The notes under the pieces: generated by a model | The model's input: only the letters and a program-made list of their open reading frames with translations | The model's database searches: none | What the model was told of the DNA's origin: nothing | Shown here: piece after piece, positions 1 through 12,100 of the stretch | Layout: each line of letters starts with the position of its first letter | How positions within the stretch are numbered: position 1 is the first letter of the stretch | Assembly (NCBI GenBank): GCA_030867685.1 | Contig: JAQOWU010000008.1 | Location: forward strand, 682,001 to 746,000 | Length of the DNA: 64,000 nucleotides | Origin: Wickerhamiella versatilis | Lineage: Eukaryota | Direction of reading: 5' to 3' | Translations under genes and position numbers: made by a program

Positions 1-139
1 TGGAAAAAGATACCTAGCAAACAGTTTTTGCATGTTGCTATAGAGAGATCTCGTCATAAGATTAACTGATTCGCAACTACTTTGGAATATAATTTTCTAG
101 TTACCTGCCCTGTCAGGACCTATACTTCGTTGATGCTTT

Positions 140-550
140 TTAAACCACGACGCCAGCACTGGACGCGATACGTGGCCAGAGATCAGCACACTCCTTAGCC
201 ACAGGTCCAGTAATGGCTGAGCCCTTCATCTCACCCTTAGGGTTGGCAATGACACCTGCGTTGTCCTCAAAGTACAGGAAAGTACCGTCCTTCCGGCGCC
301 AAGGCTTGGCTTGACGGACAATAATGGCAGGCATGACCTTCTTACGGAGCTCAGGCTTACCCTTCTTGACAGTAGCCATAACCATATCACCAACACCAGC
401 AGCTGGCAGACGGTTCAAACGGGCACCTGCACCCTTGACCGAGATAATATAAAGGTTACGAGCACCACTGTTATCGGCGCACTGCATAACTGCACCAACT
501 GGAAGACCCAGCGACACCCGGAACTTTGATCCAGCCTGGACTTTACTCAT
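140..550 (-). CDS. RPL23: 60S ribosomal protein L23 (uL14), intronless CDS
   Basis: 136-aa ORF matching eukaryotic uL14 throughout ([52 protein letters not shown]). Confidence 0.98.
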   Translation of the reverse strand: MSKVQAGSKFRVSLGLPVGAVMQCADNSGARNLYIISVKGAGARLNRLPAAGVGDMVMATVKKGKPELRKKVMPAIIVRQAKPWRRKDGTFLYFEDNAGVIANPKGEMKGSAITGPVAKECADLWPRIASSAGVVV

Positions 551-1152
551 TGTCGTTCAGTGAATCTGTGCGACTCCGGATTAGTGGATCAGTAGATGAG
601 TGGTCTAGTGCCCTGAGCCCTAACAACATTACTAATACAAATTGATGCTTGATGCTCTATCCAAGTTTTGGCTGCGTTCAAGACAGCATTTTATTATATA
701 TATATTTTAATTATTAGCATTAATTTGTGAAATAAGTCAAAGTATCCTCCATGTTACTTTGCCACTTGCTTAACTCGTGCCATCCAATTCAGAATAGCTC
801 TTGCTTCTGATTCAAAATAGATTTAGAACGACTAAACTACGTGTAATTTATACGCATTTATAATTGTAATTCCATACGCCACAAATTCCCTAAGCTCATG
901 TCGCATGGAAGTAAAAAAAGGCTAAGGTCGATGACTCTGCGATCAAATATCATGAGACCAATTAGGGGAATCACCTACGAACGAAGATTAGAGGACCTTC
1001 GAGAATAAGGGATTTCCATGATTCAGAAGTTTGTGGTGTATTGAGATCCATATATCAGCAGCAGCAGCAGTAGCCATACTCCATAAGAAGTCCTCACCGC
1101 CACCGCTGCTAGTCCTTGTTGACCGAGCTCTGATTGAGGAATTCACGGAAAC

Positions 1153-1383
1153 TTAATGATGGTGGTCATTCTTATCTGCTTTCATGTACTCATACACATT
1201 GAAGAGCGCAAATGCGACGACTGCGGTACCGAAACCGGGTAGGGCCCCGCGAAACCGACTTGCGCGCGTGAATGGACCTTGGTAGCGCCAAGCTTCTCTG
1301 CAGTTAGAATTGCTGTTTCGTCAAATGGAGGAAATTGTGTTTACTTACTGTTTAGCCCACGGATCTTTGATGGAGGCTGGCAT
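1153..1383 (-). CDS. NADH:ubiquinone oxidoreductase B12 subunit (NDUFB3/NB2M), 2 exons: 1383-1349 and 1297-1153, 59 aa
   Basis: Not in the ORF track. The 51-nt intron 1348-1298 has GTAAGT, branch CTAAC and CAG. Spliced product MPASIKDPWAKQEAWRYQGPFTRASRFRGALPGFGTAVVAFALFNVYEYMKADKNDHHH has the B12 DPWxxxEAWRY motif, one TM helix and a His tail. Confidence 0.92.
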
Positions 1384-1507
1384 GTCCTAGTGACGTAATG
1401 TGTAATCCGGTACAAGCTAACTGGTCCAAATTACAACTTGGTCTGATAGGAAGCACATGATATTTTAGCCATGTAAATACTCTAAACTAAGATTGTGTAC
1501 AAAATTA

Positions 1508-2290
1508 TTACACTACCGAGTCGTCATAATCATCATCATCGTCATCTTTGTTTCCTGGATGGATTTTAAGATATGAATAGACTGCTATTGATGATCCCAC
1601 TATCATTCCAAGCAATACATCATACCAATGATGTCTAAAGTCCTCCAGGCGTGTGAGCGATATGTATAAAGCAAGCAGAAGCGGAGAAATACTTAGACAG
1701 GTCCAATATAACGCGGTGTCCCTTGCATACGTCCGAAATTGGCCTGAAATCCATAACGTCAGATATAGTAAGCCACAGAATGCAACAGAAGAATGGCCAG
1801 AAGGGGTACTGCGGAAACCTTCCTCTAACCGCCCAACATTGGTGGTAGTACAAACATCTGTGTTAACATAGCCGGAAGAGCTAGTTCCTTGTCGTGGAAT
1901 ACAACGGGCGAGGAAGTCTGGCCTCGGATTTCCAATCATAAACTTCATAATATCGGTAACGAACAGATTGAGCAGTGAAGCGAATGTAAAGCCTAACAGA
2001 GTTATATTCAATTTCTTGCTCAGTCTCGGTATAGTACTGCAACAACCAAAAAATACAACCACAGGCAAGAGAACTGCAAGTATTACCAGCAACCACGCAG
2101 GAACTTGTTCCTGGTAGTCGAATGGATAGCCAATTTGAGGATCATCGAGTCTGAATGGTCTGTGGAACGGCTTAACAAATGTTTCCAGCGGCAAGGTCAA
2201 CAAGAGGAGACAAATACACGTTATCCATCCACACTTAAACTCCCAAAAAAATTTAACCAAGTCTTGCTTGTTTGGCAGCGTTAGTTCCAT
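1508..2290 (-). CDS. PAP2-family lipid phosphate phosphatase (Dpp1/Lpp1-like)
   Basis: Catalytic motifs KFMIGNPRPDF, STPSGHSS and TRLEDFRHHWYDV, plus multiple TM helices. Confidence 0.93.
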   Translation of the reverse strand: MELTLPNKQDLVKFFWEFKCGWITCICLLLLTLPLETFVKPFHRPFRLDDPQIGYPFDYQEQVPAWLLVILAVLLPVVVFFGCCSTIPRLSKKLNITLLGFTFASLLNLFVTDIMKFMIGNPRPDFLARCIPRQGTSSSGYVNTDVCTTTNVGRLEEGFRSTPSGHSSVAFCGLLYLTLWISGQFRTYARDTALYWTCLSISPLLLALYISLTRLEDFRHHWYDVLLGMIVGSSIAVYSYLKIHPGNKDDDDDDYDDSVV

Positions 2291-2347
2291 CTTCTGTCAA
2301 GCAAGAGTATCTGGGTGTGACACTTTAGATAATCGCTAGCCTCGTCC

Positions 2348-2746
2348 ATGAAGAGGAGATTTTTTGCCTCGAGCGCCTTGGCAGCCATGAAGGCCAATCG
2401 CTTGCCACCAAGGCCTAAAATACAGGAAAGTGATATTGAAGAAACATTTATTAAAGGGTCAGGTAAAGGAGGGCAGAAAATTAACAAAACCAACAGTAAA
2501 GTACAGCTATGCCATATTCCTACGGGAATTGTGATCAATTGCCAATTTTCACGTTCTCGAGAGGACAACAGAAAAAGGGCACGCGAGATTCTGGCTCTTA
2601 AGGTGGATAGCATTATTAACAGAGACAATAGTCGGGAGGCTATAGTCGCTAAGTATTATCAGCAGAAAGCGAGAAAAAAAAAGCAACGCGGACGCAAAAA
2701 CCAAAGAGAGCGTGCTGAGGATGATGAAAATAAGGAGGAAAATTAG
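2348..2746 (+). CDS. Mitochondrial GGQ peptidyl-tRNA hydrolase / release-factor homologue (C12orf65/MTRFR, yeast Rso55-like)
   Basis: GSGKGGQKINKT GGQ motif, HIPTGIVINCQFSRSREDNR, basic C-terminal tail and presequence-like N-terminus. Confidence 0.9.
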   Translation: MKRRFFASSALAAMKANRLPPRPKIQESDIEETFIKGSGKGGQKINKTNSKVQLCHIPTGIVINCQFSRSREDNRKRAREILALKVDSIINRDNSREAIVAKYYQQKARKKKQRGRKNQRERAEDDENKEEN

Positions 2747-2766
2747 AATAAAAAGATATTTAAAGT

Positions 2767-5262
2767 CTATGCAGAGGAATTGTGCTGCAGAACCTGTGTT
2801 CGATAGACATTGGCCTGCGCAACATCCATGATAGGTCTACTGCCTACAAGGAGCTTTTGAATGGCCCTCAACGGCGGCCCCAATTTTTGACGACTACGCG
2901 AAATAAAACGTCCGTGGTGCTCGAGAATTGCTTTACACCACCGGAGTGAGAATTCATAATGAGGTGTTTGCTCGCCCTGGGCCGCAACTAAAGAAAGGAG
3001 CCGATCCACATACATCTCGGGGAAAGCGCTAACAACAAGCGAAATGTCATCAATAGGAACAGACTGAAAAGCCCGTTCCAGCAAATTTGGATCGCCCAAC
3101 CGAAAAGCTAGCACCAGAGCAGACAGATATTCTTTACGAGAAAGCAAGTCTACACAGGAGTCCACTGTAACGTCCATGGCGAGATCAATCGGATCAAATT
3201 CTACCTTGGAATCGACAGCATAGACAAGCAGACCCTCAGTAGAGGCCACGCCAAAACTGGCAGAGACAGGCGAGAATTGAACACCAGAACTCCTTATTTC
3301 AGGCCTGACGCGCCTTTTTGAAAAATCACCACGTGAAGCACCAGGCAAGGAAGTGTCCAATCTTTCCTCTATGTCAGAATTTTCGGCATTCTGGTCTATG
3401 AGATCGATTGGAATACCTCCATCAGTCATGTTTTTTGAATTACGGATTTCGACGGTACCCTCAAGTGCCATGTTCTTTGACAAGACAAATTTTCTTAACA
3501 GAACATAGTTGGTTACATCATAAAGACAAACATATTTCGAATTTCCTCCCGTCAATATGGCACTTCCGTCACTATTAAAACAAATATTTGTAAAATGCTT
3601 GGCACGTGCTGAATTCTTGGATTGAAAACGATCCGTAGAGTATCTGCCTCCTATGATATCCTTTTTACCATCGATTTCTCCAATTTGATTGCACTCTTTA
3701 GTATCCCAGAAAGATAAAAGACCATCCATGGAACTTGCTGCAAACATGTTTCCTGTTGGATGAAATGATATCGATAGCACCTCGCTATACAACTGCATAG
3801 GTTCCGAAACAGGAGTCCGCCCAAAAAAGTTCCACAAGCGAACGGTATGATCCCAGCTTCCAGACAAAAGATATGCACCATCAGGGCTGAATTCGAGAGC
3901 AGACACAGGTCCCTCATGGCCGCTGAGCTCATCGACTAGCTGTGATGTTTGCAAATTCCATATGTGTATGTCGAAGTCATTAAGAGAGCCAGCACATACA
4001 AGCTCACCGCTAGGGTCAATGGCTAAGGATGTAAATTGCAGGCGTGACGGAGCAGTCAAAGTTCGAAAATTACGGTACCGCAAAAGATCCCAGGCACGGA
4101 CAGAGCCATCAAGTGATGCGCTGAAAAACACATTCCCTTTCTTACTGAAAGCTAGCGCTGTAATAGCAGCTTGATGCTGCGAAAATGTAACAATACAAAA
4201 ACCACTAGATGTGTCCCACACTTTGATTTTCCCATCATCCGCTCCGGTTATAACCTTTGTACCGTCGGGTGAATATTGTAGACAATTGAGTGAATCATAG
4301 TGACTTTGTTGTTTCAATACATAGGACTCACTCTGCCACTCCCAGACAAGTAGTTGTCCTAGCTTACTTGCACCCATAACTAACCACTCTCCAGTGCTAT
4401 TAATCGCTACGTGGTCCACGGCGTTTTGTGATATGGAAAGATTTTGAATGAGTGAAAGTCCTGGCAATTCATAGAGACCAAAAACGCCTGAGGAGAAACC
4501 TACGACAAAAAGGTTTGTCTTTGCATGAAAAGTTGCACATCTGACTTTAGAAGGGATATTGAAATAGTGCCGATCTGAAATAACCCACCGGTCATCTTCA
4601 TCACTGTAGTTCCATTGAAATTGGGCTCCATCTCGCGATACCGTGTAGATCGTCTCTTGGTCTTGGCTGAAAAAAGCGCCTATAACAGCATCCCGGTGTC
4701 CCGACAATCTGCTTGCCGCATCAGAATCCTCCGACTGAAGCGAATATATATGAGCAGACATGTCTTTTGACGCTGTCAAGAAGAATCTTCCATCTAGGGA
4801 CCACTCAATATGCGTGATGTTGCCGAAATGGCCTGTATATACACGATGACGGACGAACGGGGCAAATTGCCGATCATCCTCTGCTGTTGGGGTACGCCAG
4901 ACCTGTACAGTTCTCCCAGTAGCTACAGCGATATTCGTCCCATCAGGAGAGAATGCTATTGCGCCAACCTTACTTTTGAAGTTCATATGATGCAACACGA
5001 TTCTACGAGGCAAATTCACCAAAATTGCTCTACCATCATCATCAACGCTTAATACGAGGGTAGCACGGCTATTGATTGCGATGCGGGATATGTTCTTGCG
5101 ATGCTCGTATGCTAATGTGTAGCTTTGATTTTTGACCAACTCGAAGACACTTAATCGATTGCCGACTGGACTTATAACAGAGTTACCATCAGGCGTAAAG
5201 AGAATATTACCCTGGGAATATACCGTACCAAATATATTGGCGAGTCTAAAGTCGAGGCTCAT
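2767..5262 (-). CDS. PWP2: SSU processome WD40 protein Pwp2/Utp1
   Basis: N-terminus DFRLANIFGTVYSQGN, LGQLLVWEWQSESYVLKQQ, RAWDLLRYRNFRT, many WD repeats and a C-terminal Utp12-like domain. Confidence 0.97.
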   Translation of the reverse strand: MSLDFRLANIFGTVYSQGNILFTPDGNSVISPVGNRLSVFELVKNQSYTLAYEHRKNISRIAINSRATLVLSVDDDGRAILVNLPRRIVLHHMNFKSKVGAIAFSPDGTNIAVATGRTVQVWRTPTAEDDRQFAPFVRHRVYTGHFGNITHIEWSLDGRFFLTASKDMSAHIYSLQSEDSDAASRLSGHRDAVIGAFFSQDQETIYTVSRDGAQFQWNYSDEDDRWVISDRHYFNIPSKVRCATFHAKTNLFVVGFSSGVFGLYELPGLSLIQNLSISQNAVDHVAINSTGEWLVMGASKLGQLLVWEWQSESYVLKQQSHYDSLNCLQYSPDGTKVITGADDGKIKVWDTSSGFCIVTFSQHQAAITALAFSKKGNVFFSASLDGSVRAWDLLRYRNFRTLTAPSRLQFTSLAIDPSGELVCAGSLNDFDIHIWNLQTSQLVDELSGHEGPVSALEFSPDGAYLLSGSWDHTVRLWNFFGRTPVSEPMQLYSEVLSISFHPTGNMFAASSMDGLLSFWDTKECNQIGEIDGKKDIIGGRYSTDRFQSKNSARAKHFTNICFNSDGSAILTGGNSKYVCLYDVTNYVLLRKFVLSKNMALEGTVEIRNSKNMTDGGIPIDLIDQNAENSDIEERLDTSLPGASRGDFSKRRVRPEIRSSGVQFSPVSASFGVASTEGLLVYAVDSKVEFDPIDLAMDVTVDSCVDLLSRKEYLSALVLAFRLGDPNLLERAFQSVPIDDISLVVSAFPEMYVDRLLSLVAAQGEQTPHYEFSLRWCKAILEHHGRFISRSRQKLGPPLRAIQKLLVGSRPIMDVAQANVYRTQVLQHNSSA

Positions 5263-5644
5263 CCTGAAATTCTGCCTGGACGAAAAAACCCGCTTATCTA
5301 ATTTTTACACTGCGATCCTGATATAAATCAAAAATTCAGCTTCTGAATAAAAATTTCCTATTGGGTATAGAATAATCATAGTTCCTAAGTCTCCAGCATT
5401 AGCTATGTATTTATGCTTTGCTGCTGTTGTATTTATCTCATGCTTCGACTATCAAGTGCGTGCATCTAGGTAGTAAAAGGTTACAAAAAACGAGATTGAC
5501 ATACTTCTGTAACAATATCACGACTTAAAAAAAATTGTTTCGACTCATTAATCCTGCACTGTTAAAGTAAACGACCGACATCCAATATTCGAGCTTACAT
5601 CAGTAAGCACACCCCATCACGCCTTCTAAGTGGAACTGGAAAGC

Positions 5645-6634
5645 ATGCTGTCACGGATTTCTTGGGGCATTGGCCAGAGATCATGGTGCATACTTCCTTT
5701 AAGGGGCGTCAATTATTTCCAGACACTCCGCCGCTTCTATGCCACCAGTAATACAGAGAAAACCCCAATTATTCCTAAAAAGTCGGCAGATACCGGCTTT
5801 GAAGAAATGATGGAGGATCGCACCAAGGCCTTGATAAGAAGTTTGGGTGTAGCCCCTATGGAGGGAACTGTAGAAAGCAGTGACAATCCCATGGCTGCGG
5901 TACCTGTGAGGGAAGCTCTGGAACCTCCACGCGTATATCACTTCGACACTCAGAAAATTTATTACACACTTAAATATGCTGGATTGACTCAAAGTCAGGC
6001 TGATATTGTAATGAGAACTTTACGTGACATGACGGGGGAGTTTGCGAAGGACTGCGAGGACTCATCTGTACCCAGTAGCGCTGGTGCAAATGAGGCGTAT
6101 TTATTTGATGCGGCTTCATCTGAGATGCGCAACGACGTTGAAACTAATCGCATTGGTCAATTCGCATTGCATAAATCGGGCTTGGCCCGTCTTCAGAGGG
6201 GTGTTGAAATTCTTGAACATGAAGCTACAGAGATGGCAAGCCAGCTGAAATCTGATTTAGATATCGAATTTCATGAGAGAAAAAACGCTGCACGTGATGA
6301 AGAAAATACCATTAATATGCGAATACAGGAGCTATATCACAAAATTAGCACAAGGCTGAATTCCGAGCTGAAGTCGGAAATAGAGAACCTCCGATGGCAG
6401 ATAACCAGGCGCAGTCTTGCTGCAATTGGAACAGTAGTTGCAACTCTGTTATATGCTACTCAGAGTTTGAACCAGAAAGAGAAGAGGAAGCCTCTGACTC
6501 AAGCCAAGGAGACACAAGGCCCTGAGGTAGGTGTTCCGATGCTTCCGACATCTGGTTATAGTGAAGAGACTGATGAGCCCATTGACATACCTGATCTTGA
6601 TACTGAGCAGAAAAAAGTAGTTAAATTGTTCTAA
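5645..6634 (+). CDS. Mitochondrial DUF1640 / CCDC90-MCUR1 family coiled-coil protein (Put6/Put7-like)
   Basis: First ATG at 5645 gives a presequence-like start. HFDT...L..AG.T..QA motif, long coiled coil and C-terminal TM segment. Confidence 0.8.
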   Translation: MLSRISWGIGQRSWCILPLRGVNYFQTLRRFYATSNTEKTPIIPKKSADTGFEEMMEDRTKALIRSLGVAPMEGTVESSDNPMAAVPVREALEPPRVYHFDTQKIYYTLKYAGLTQSQADIVMRTLRDMTGEFAKDCEDSSVPSSAGANEAYLFDAASSEMRNDVETNRIGQFALHKSGLARLQRGVEILEHEATEMASQLKSDLDIEFHERKNAARDEENTINMRIQELYHKISTRLNSELKSEIENLRWQITRRSLAAIGTVVATLLYATQSLNQKEKRKPLTQAKETQGPEVGVPMLPTSGYSEETDEPIDIPDLDTEQKKVVKLF

Positions 6635-6733
6635 CGAACTTCTGTTTTCTAAACGTAAATAGCATGAATCAATATATCTAGCAAAATTTTGACAAAAGTA
6701 ATGATAATTTAGACTTTAAATTCCATTTTTGAA

Positions 6734-8746
6734 TCAGATACTGGCCTTTTTACTTGGCATCCAACCCAAAAAGTCGTCACCCTCGTGGTTCATCCAATCG
6801 ATTCCATCGAGTAGTTGATCGAGAGGAAGGTCTATTGGTTCTTGTGGTAGAGATGCGGCCGGCTGCGACTGTCCTTCAGCCGCAATGATATTTGTTGACG
6901 TCGTACCATTTGGAGAAACCACCGTGCTCAACGAATACGAATCAGCTGGAATATTACTGAAAAGAGGCAACGGATTGTACTTTGGAACGAGGTGAACATC
7001 TGAATGTTCCATCTTAGCATCTTTATGAGCGATTCTAGAATTGCCATTTTTTTGTGCATTGAAGTTTCTTCTCCGTGCCTCATGTACACACCAAAGTAAC
7101 TCATAGAATAACGAAAAAGTTAGGTGTGAGCGATTTCGTTTCATGATTTGTCTGGATATGAGGAGATTGGGATGTGTTGCGAGTACGTGATTCAAACTTT
7201 CCAATAACTTGGCCAAGCGGGTTGTATCGTTTAGGACAAGCGACCAAGATGCTGATTTGTTCCGGCACATGCGGTGCACAGTGACAATAGATTGTCGGGC
7301 ACTTTCAACATATTGCTGGGGGAATTGAGGAAGTAAATGAAGTCTAAATAACAACATTGCTGCGAAAGAACTACCCTGGCGGACAAAAATAGGGAATTCT
7401 GAGATACGTCGGTTCCCAACAAATTTTCGTACCAAAGTAACTAATCTTGTAGCTGCCTTATATGCATCAACAATAAAAAGCGATTGCTCCTCCTCTGGCG
7501 TATCGGGTAGGAAAGCAAAACAACAGAGAACACACTTCAAGTAAGTAGCCACAATGTCCACGAAGGTATCATTGATCACTGTGTGGAGGGAATGCCGCAG
7601 CTCCGACAAGTCATGGGATAAAATCTCCAACGTTGGAGCGCGAGACTTTGCACTCATCAATCCATCCGGGGTTAACACATTGGTACCCATTATAGAAACC
7701 ATTTTAGAGTAAAATATCGCCAATCGGAGAATAGCACGTGTCGATCCCGGAATTTCAGGGTCCGTGATTGCTCTATCGATCAAATGGTCTACTGGAATAT
7801 TTACAGGAACTCCCATGGATGCAGAGAGAAATTCCCTGCAAATATAGATTCCCACCCACGCTCGCGTACGCCACTTAACTGCATTTGGCATCATTTTCTG
7901 GTTACGTGAAAATTCATAAATGAACTTACCTCTGTGCATACCCAATTGAAGGCCTAAACAATGTGCGAGAGTGATATAACGCTGACTTGGATCATCCAGC
8001 ATTTTTTCGTTAGGCAATGGCCATGTACTGAGAAGTATTAAGGCCTGGACAACATGACTCGATCTAGGGGTCTGAAACCAACAAACCTTTGCCATAAGTC
8101 GTTTAACCGGATCAACAAGGCTTAGATACAGATCAGAAGTAGGTTCACTTTGTGATGCAATGAGCATGACCGTCCAGAAGAGGAACTCAGACTGCGAGTA
8201 TAAGTTTCCCGCAGATTTGCTCTCTAAGATTGGCATGAAATCCAGATAGTCTTTAATGAAAATATTATGAAACTTTTCAGCTTCCTCTGAAGATAATTGA
8301 ACATTCTCCAGTGTGTAAGGCCCCTGTGAGGGGACAATCACAACGTCATAGTGATCATTCTGTTCCTCCTCAGCCAATCTTAGGCCTATAGACCGTGGAG
8401 GCGAATTGGAGAGGGTCGAGGAGGACAAGCTCGATGGGGATGAATCATCGGCGGGAACCACCGCTCTAACCAAGACTTCATTATCGTGTTCAGTCTGCAT
8501 ATTCGAGGTGCTAGCTTCTGACTTGAGAGACTGCATCTCTCTAATTTGTGACTGCAATCGACGCACATCTTCACGCAGAAGTTCTACTTGTCCCCCTTTA
8601 CGGGGACGAAAATGAGGGTCAACCACGCACTCTCGTCCATAACGCTTACAGCGTTCACAAGGATTCGGATATGATTCACCTGCATTGCATTTAATCTTCT
8701 GCTGACGGCAATTTGTGCACGCCTTTATTGGCCTTGAGGGAATCAT
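6734..8746 (-). CDS. SEF1: Zn(II)2Cys6 transcription factor, Sef1 orthologue
   Basis: RPIKACTNCRQQKIKCNA...PCERC...CVVDPHFRPRKGGQVELLREDV matches the Sef1 cluster and linker; fungal TF middle homology region follows. Confidence 0.85.
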   Translation of the reverse strand: MIPSRPIKACTNCRQQKIKCNAGESYPNPCERCKRYGRECVVDPHFRPRKGGQVELLREDVRRLQSQIREMQSLKSEASTSNMQTEHDNEVLVRAVVPADDSSPSSLSSSTLSNSPPRSIGLRLAEEEQNDHYDVVIVPSQGPYTLENVQLSSEEAEKFHNIFIKDYLDFMPILESKSAGNLYSQSEFLFWTVMLIASQSEPTSDLYLSLVDPVKRLMAKVCWFQTPRSSHVVQALILLSTWPLPNEKMLDDPSQRYITLAHCLGLQLGMHRGKFIYEFSRNQKMMPNAVKWRTRAWVGIYICREFLSASMGVPVNIPVDHLIDRAITDPEIPGSTRAILRLAIFYSKMVSIMGTNVLTPDGLMSAKSRAPTLEILSHDLSELRHSLHTVINDTFVDIVATYLKCVLCCFAFLPDTPEEEQSLFIVDAYKAATRLVTLVRKFVGNRRISEFPIFVRQGSSFAAMLLFRLHLLPQFPQQYVESARQSIVTVHRMCRNKSASWSLVLNDTTRLAKLLESLNHVLATHPNLLISRQIMKRNRSHLTFSLFYELLWCVHEARRRNFNAQKNGNSRIAHKDAKMEHSDVHLVPKYNPLPLFSNIPADSYSLSTVVSPNGTTSTNIIAAEGQSQPAASLPQEPIDLPLDQLLDGIDWMNHEGDDFLGWMPSKKASI

Positions 8747-9182
8747 GTGGTCATGAAAGGGCCGGGAAAACGTTCAGCTGACACATTACCCCACGAAAAT
8801 CCAACACGGTGGAGTTCGTATCCATTATATAATATCCGAAACACATGCTTCGATCGGCGTCAGGTTCTTACCTCCATGTAAAGAGAGCCTGGTTGAGAGC
8901 CAATTTAGTTTCCATGGTTCTAAACTTTGAAAGTTAATTATAGCCTTTACTTTAAAGGGGGCATCTTTATATATCTCAAGCGCGGTAATGAGAAACAGAG
9001 ATTTTCAGCCCTCGCCCGTAGCTTCTAGACAATTTCAGGGGCCAGAGACGATATGAATTATGTCTTTCCAACTAAAATCAACCTCAGTATACCCTAGTGA
9101 TCCGTGACTATCTCACAAAACCAACGGCCACATATCGAGATTTGGATTACACACCAAGCGGGCGCAACGTGTTGGAGAATAT

Positions 9183-12100
9183 ATGGCTGTGAGTTGGTCC
9201 GCGGCAAGATCGCTTCGTCCATTTAATGAAAGATCTGAAGATTTGGCTGGTGAATTATTCAGATTTCTGAGCGATGCAACCTCTCGTGCTGAAACAACCA
9301 CGTTGGACCGTGATGAACTTGATGAGCTTTTTAAGTCATTCAAGGGAGCCCTGAGGGCTATTTCCGAGGTCTCTGCGAAACCTTCACGTGCATCGAGGCT
9401 AGCTCTCATTTCGCTAATCGAATCCTTATCATTACAGCCTGATGGTCGGTCCGAAAAGCTCTTTCTTGACATGGTCACTTTACTTACTCGACTCATTGAT
9501 GCTAAACCAGCCTATAAATATAAGACACTAATGCATTTCGCTGTAGCGGGGATCGGGGTTCTCGCGGAGGTTGGGACGCCACAAGGAGCTTTGAACATTC
9601 TAATTGTGCTCAACTCCTGCTTGAAGGCCACGCCTGCCGATGTTGACAACCTGACTGGATATCGTGCAACACTTCTAGTTTCAGTGGCAAAAGCGACAAG
9701 AAGAGCGGGCCTTGCGGCTCTTGAGCGCGATCCAGCTTTGGTAAAATCACTCTGGAAGCACTCCCGATCAGCATTGGAGGATCCTGCTGCAATAGTTGCT
9801 TCTGCAGCGTTTGACGTTTTGTCGCAAATCAGATTACATCGGGATGACCCTGTTCATCTTTTTCTCAAGGCAAGTGGCCGCTCGCTAGTGATAGCAAGTG
9901 CCGCCAGATTTCTAGAGGCCCAGGAGGTGCCGCTGGAGAAGCTAGTCGCTTTATACTCTACATATCCTGAATGCTTTTTTCCAATGTCATTGCTGGTAGG
10001 CCCCACCACACCTTTAAAGATGTTGGTAGATATCGCTGCAAATGAAAAATTTGTAGGGGAGACTGAGGTACGAGCGCGATCTGACGCAAGAAAGTTAGTG
10101 AATATAGTCTTTGAGCAGCTTTCTAATGAGCAAGTTGTTGAGGCCTCAGGAAGTCTGATTGGATTACGCAGTAGTTGTTCATTTGAGTGTTTGAAAGATG
10201 CGGTTGATCGGCTCGGCGAAAGTTCGGGTTTATTTGCCTTGCGTATACACACTTCAATCCTACAGGTCCTTTCTGACGAAGAATCATCTTGGCCGGTATG
10301 CGTGGCAGCACTCCGGTGCCTTAGTTCGATTCTCGCAGCAGATCCCAAATTAATCGTGCCAACGATGGAACAGGGACTCAAGGAGTCCGAGAAAAATAAT
10401 GGGTGTACGACCCAAAATGCTTATTTACTTGCATTATCCCTTGCTGCAACTTCACACCAACCTGCGCTTGGGTCTATCTCTCTGACCTCTCGTGCTCTGG
10501 CATTGGGAGGAGAACTTGTCCGTAATGACGTGAAACAGTCCCGCAGTGGGTGGATTTTGCTTAGCGGAACGATGACTCTTGGCCCCTCTGTGGTAAGACC
10601 TCACCTGCCTCATTTTTTGAACTTGTGGGCCCGTGCAGCCATACATTACCCCCCCGCTTTGACGAGTATTGCTAGTTTCATGGTTCACAACCAGATTCTT
10701 CTCACACCTGATGTTGCTAATAAACTTGGAGACATTCTTGGTGAGGTTTGGACGTCCGAAAAGCCATATTTGCTTAGACTCTTGCAATGCTATGATCTCT
10801 TGTCTACCGTTGCCAAATCCGATTATTATCCAGCATCTCTTGTGACTAAATGCGTGGAAATATTTTTAGGAGCAACCTCACAAGAAATAATTTCCGACTA
10901 TTATAGTGAACCCGACCATATCTTGCTCGAATGGCCTGCGAAGTCCTCTATGCAGTCATCAGTTGAGGCAGCTATAAACATTGCTGCCAGAACCCTACCT
11001 CACCAGGCTTTACGTGTACAGGAAAGTTTGCTGGATCAAATACGGTCAAGGGTAGATTTTGTTTCTCGGAGAAACTCAAATGAACCTGCATTTATCATGA
11101 TAGCAAGAAACGTGGGGAGATTTCTCTGCCGTGCCCTGGCGGATAAGAAGGGAGTTGAAATCTTTGCTGAACCACGAATCAGCCGTGTTGTCGAAGATTT
11201 GCTCAATGTGCTCATCACACATGAAGACTTAACAGTTCAATCGTTAACTTCAGATGCATACAAATTACTCGCCGAAGTCCACAAAAAAGTAGGTGGGAAA
11301 GGCGATTCTGCATTAGCCATTTCCCTTCTTGAATCCATAACGAAGGATCTGGACCCAATACGCCGAAAAGGCCGATCAATTGCATTGGGCGCAGTGCTAG
11401 CTCTTCGGGGGGCTAATGGTATTTTTGCTCGTCAAGCCATTTCTATCATGACCTCGTTAGTTTTTGATCCCAATCCAGATGTTCATAATGGTGTTTTGAT
11501 GGGATTTGAACGAGCACTGTCCTCTGCTGCCCCCACAGATCCTCACCTTGTGGATTCCATTTTAAATGCTGTGTATCGTACATATCAGCTGGAGAGCCAT
11601 GGGAGTGAGGTAGGCTCCGCGACTCTATCTAATGCAGCCTTTGAAGAGTCACCTGAAGACATCATGGCTAAGATACTAGCTACGGCAGTGGCCTCATCAG
11701 GACCGGAGCTTACCGGCAGTCCAAAAACATTGTCCTGTATCCAGCGCCTTCTAGGACAGATTTGTCGTCCAGGTCGCTGGAGAACTCCGTTGGCAGTGGC
11801 ACAGGGCTGGATAAGCGCCCAAGAACTCTTTTATTTCGCCCGAGAAGCCGTAGCTTGGCCTGCTATGATCAGCCAATGGGTTGCTACCGTTTCTACGCCA
11901 AGAGTTGATCACAACTTGCTGACGGCAGCTCTTGATGGCATTCTTATGCTTGTTCGACAGCAACCAAGGGCATTGGCTGGACTCGATATCGAGCGTAGGC
12001 TATGGGTACTCATCGACAGGGAGCCAAAGCTCGAGACTCCCCGAAAGATTTTAGTAGCATGGTTCGAACGGACAAGTACGGATTCTCGTTGGCTCTTCCG

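Noticed and set aside
988-1152. Open frame continuing past the NDUFB3 stop, with an (AGC)n tract
   Set aside because: TAA stop without a readthrough context, and the peptide is unrecognisable.
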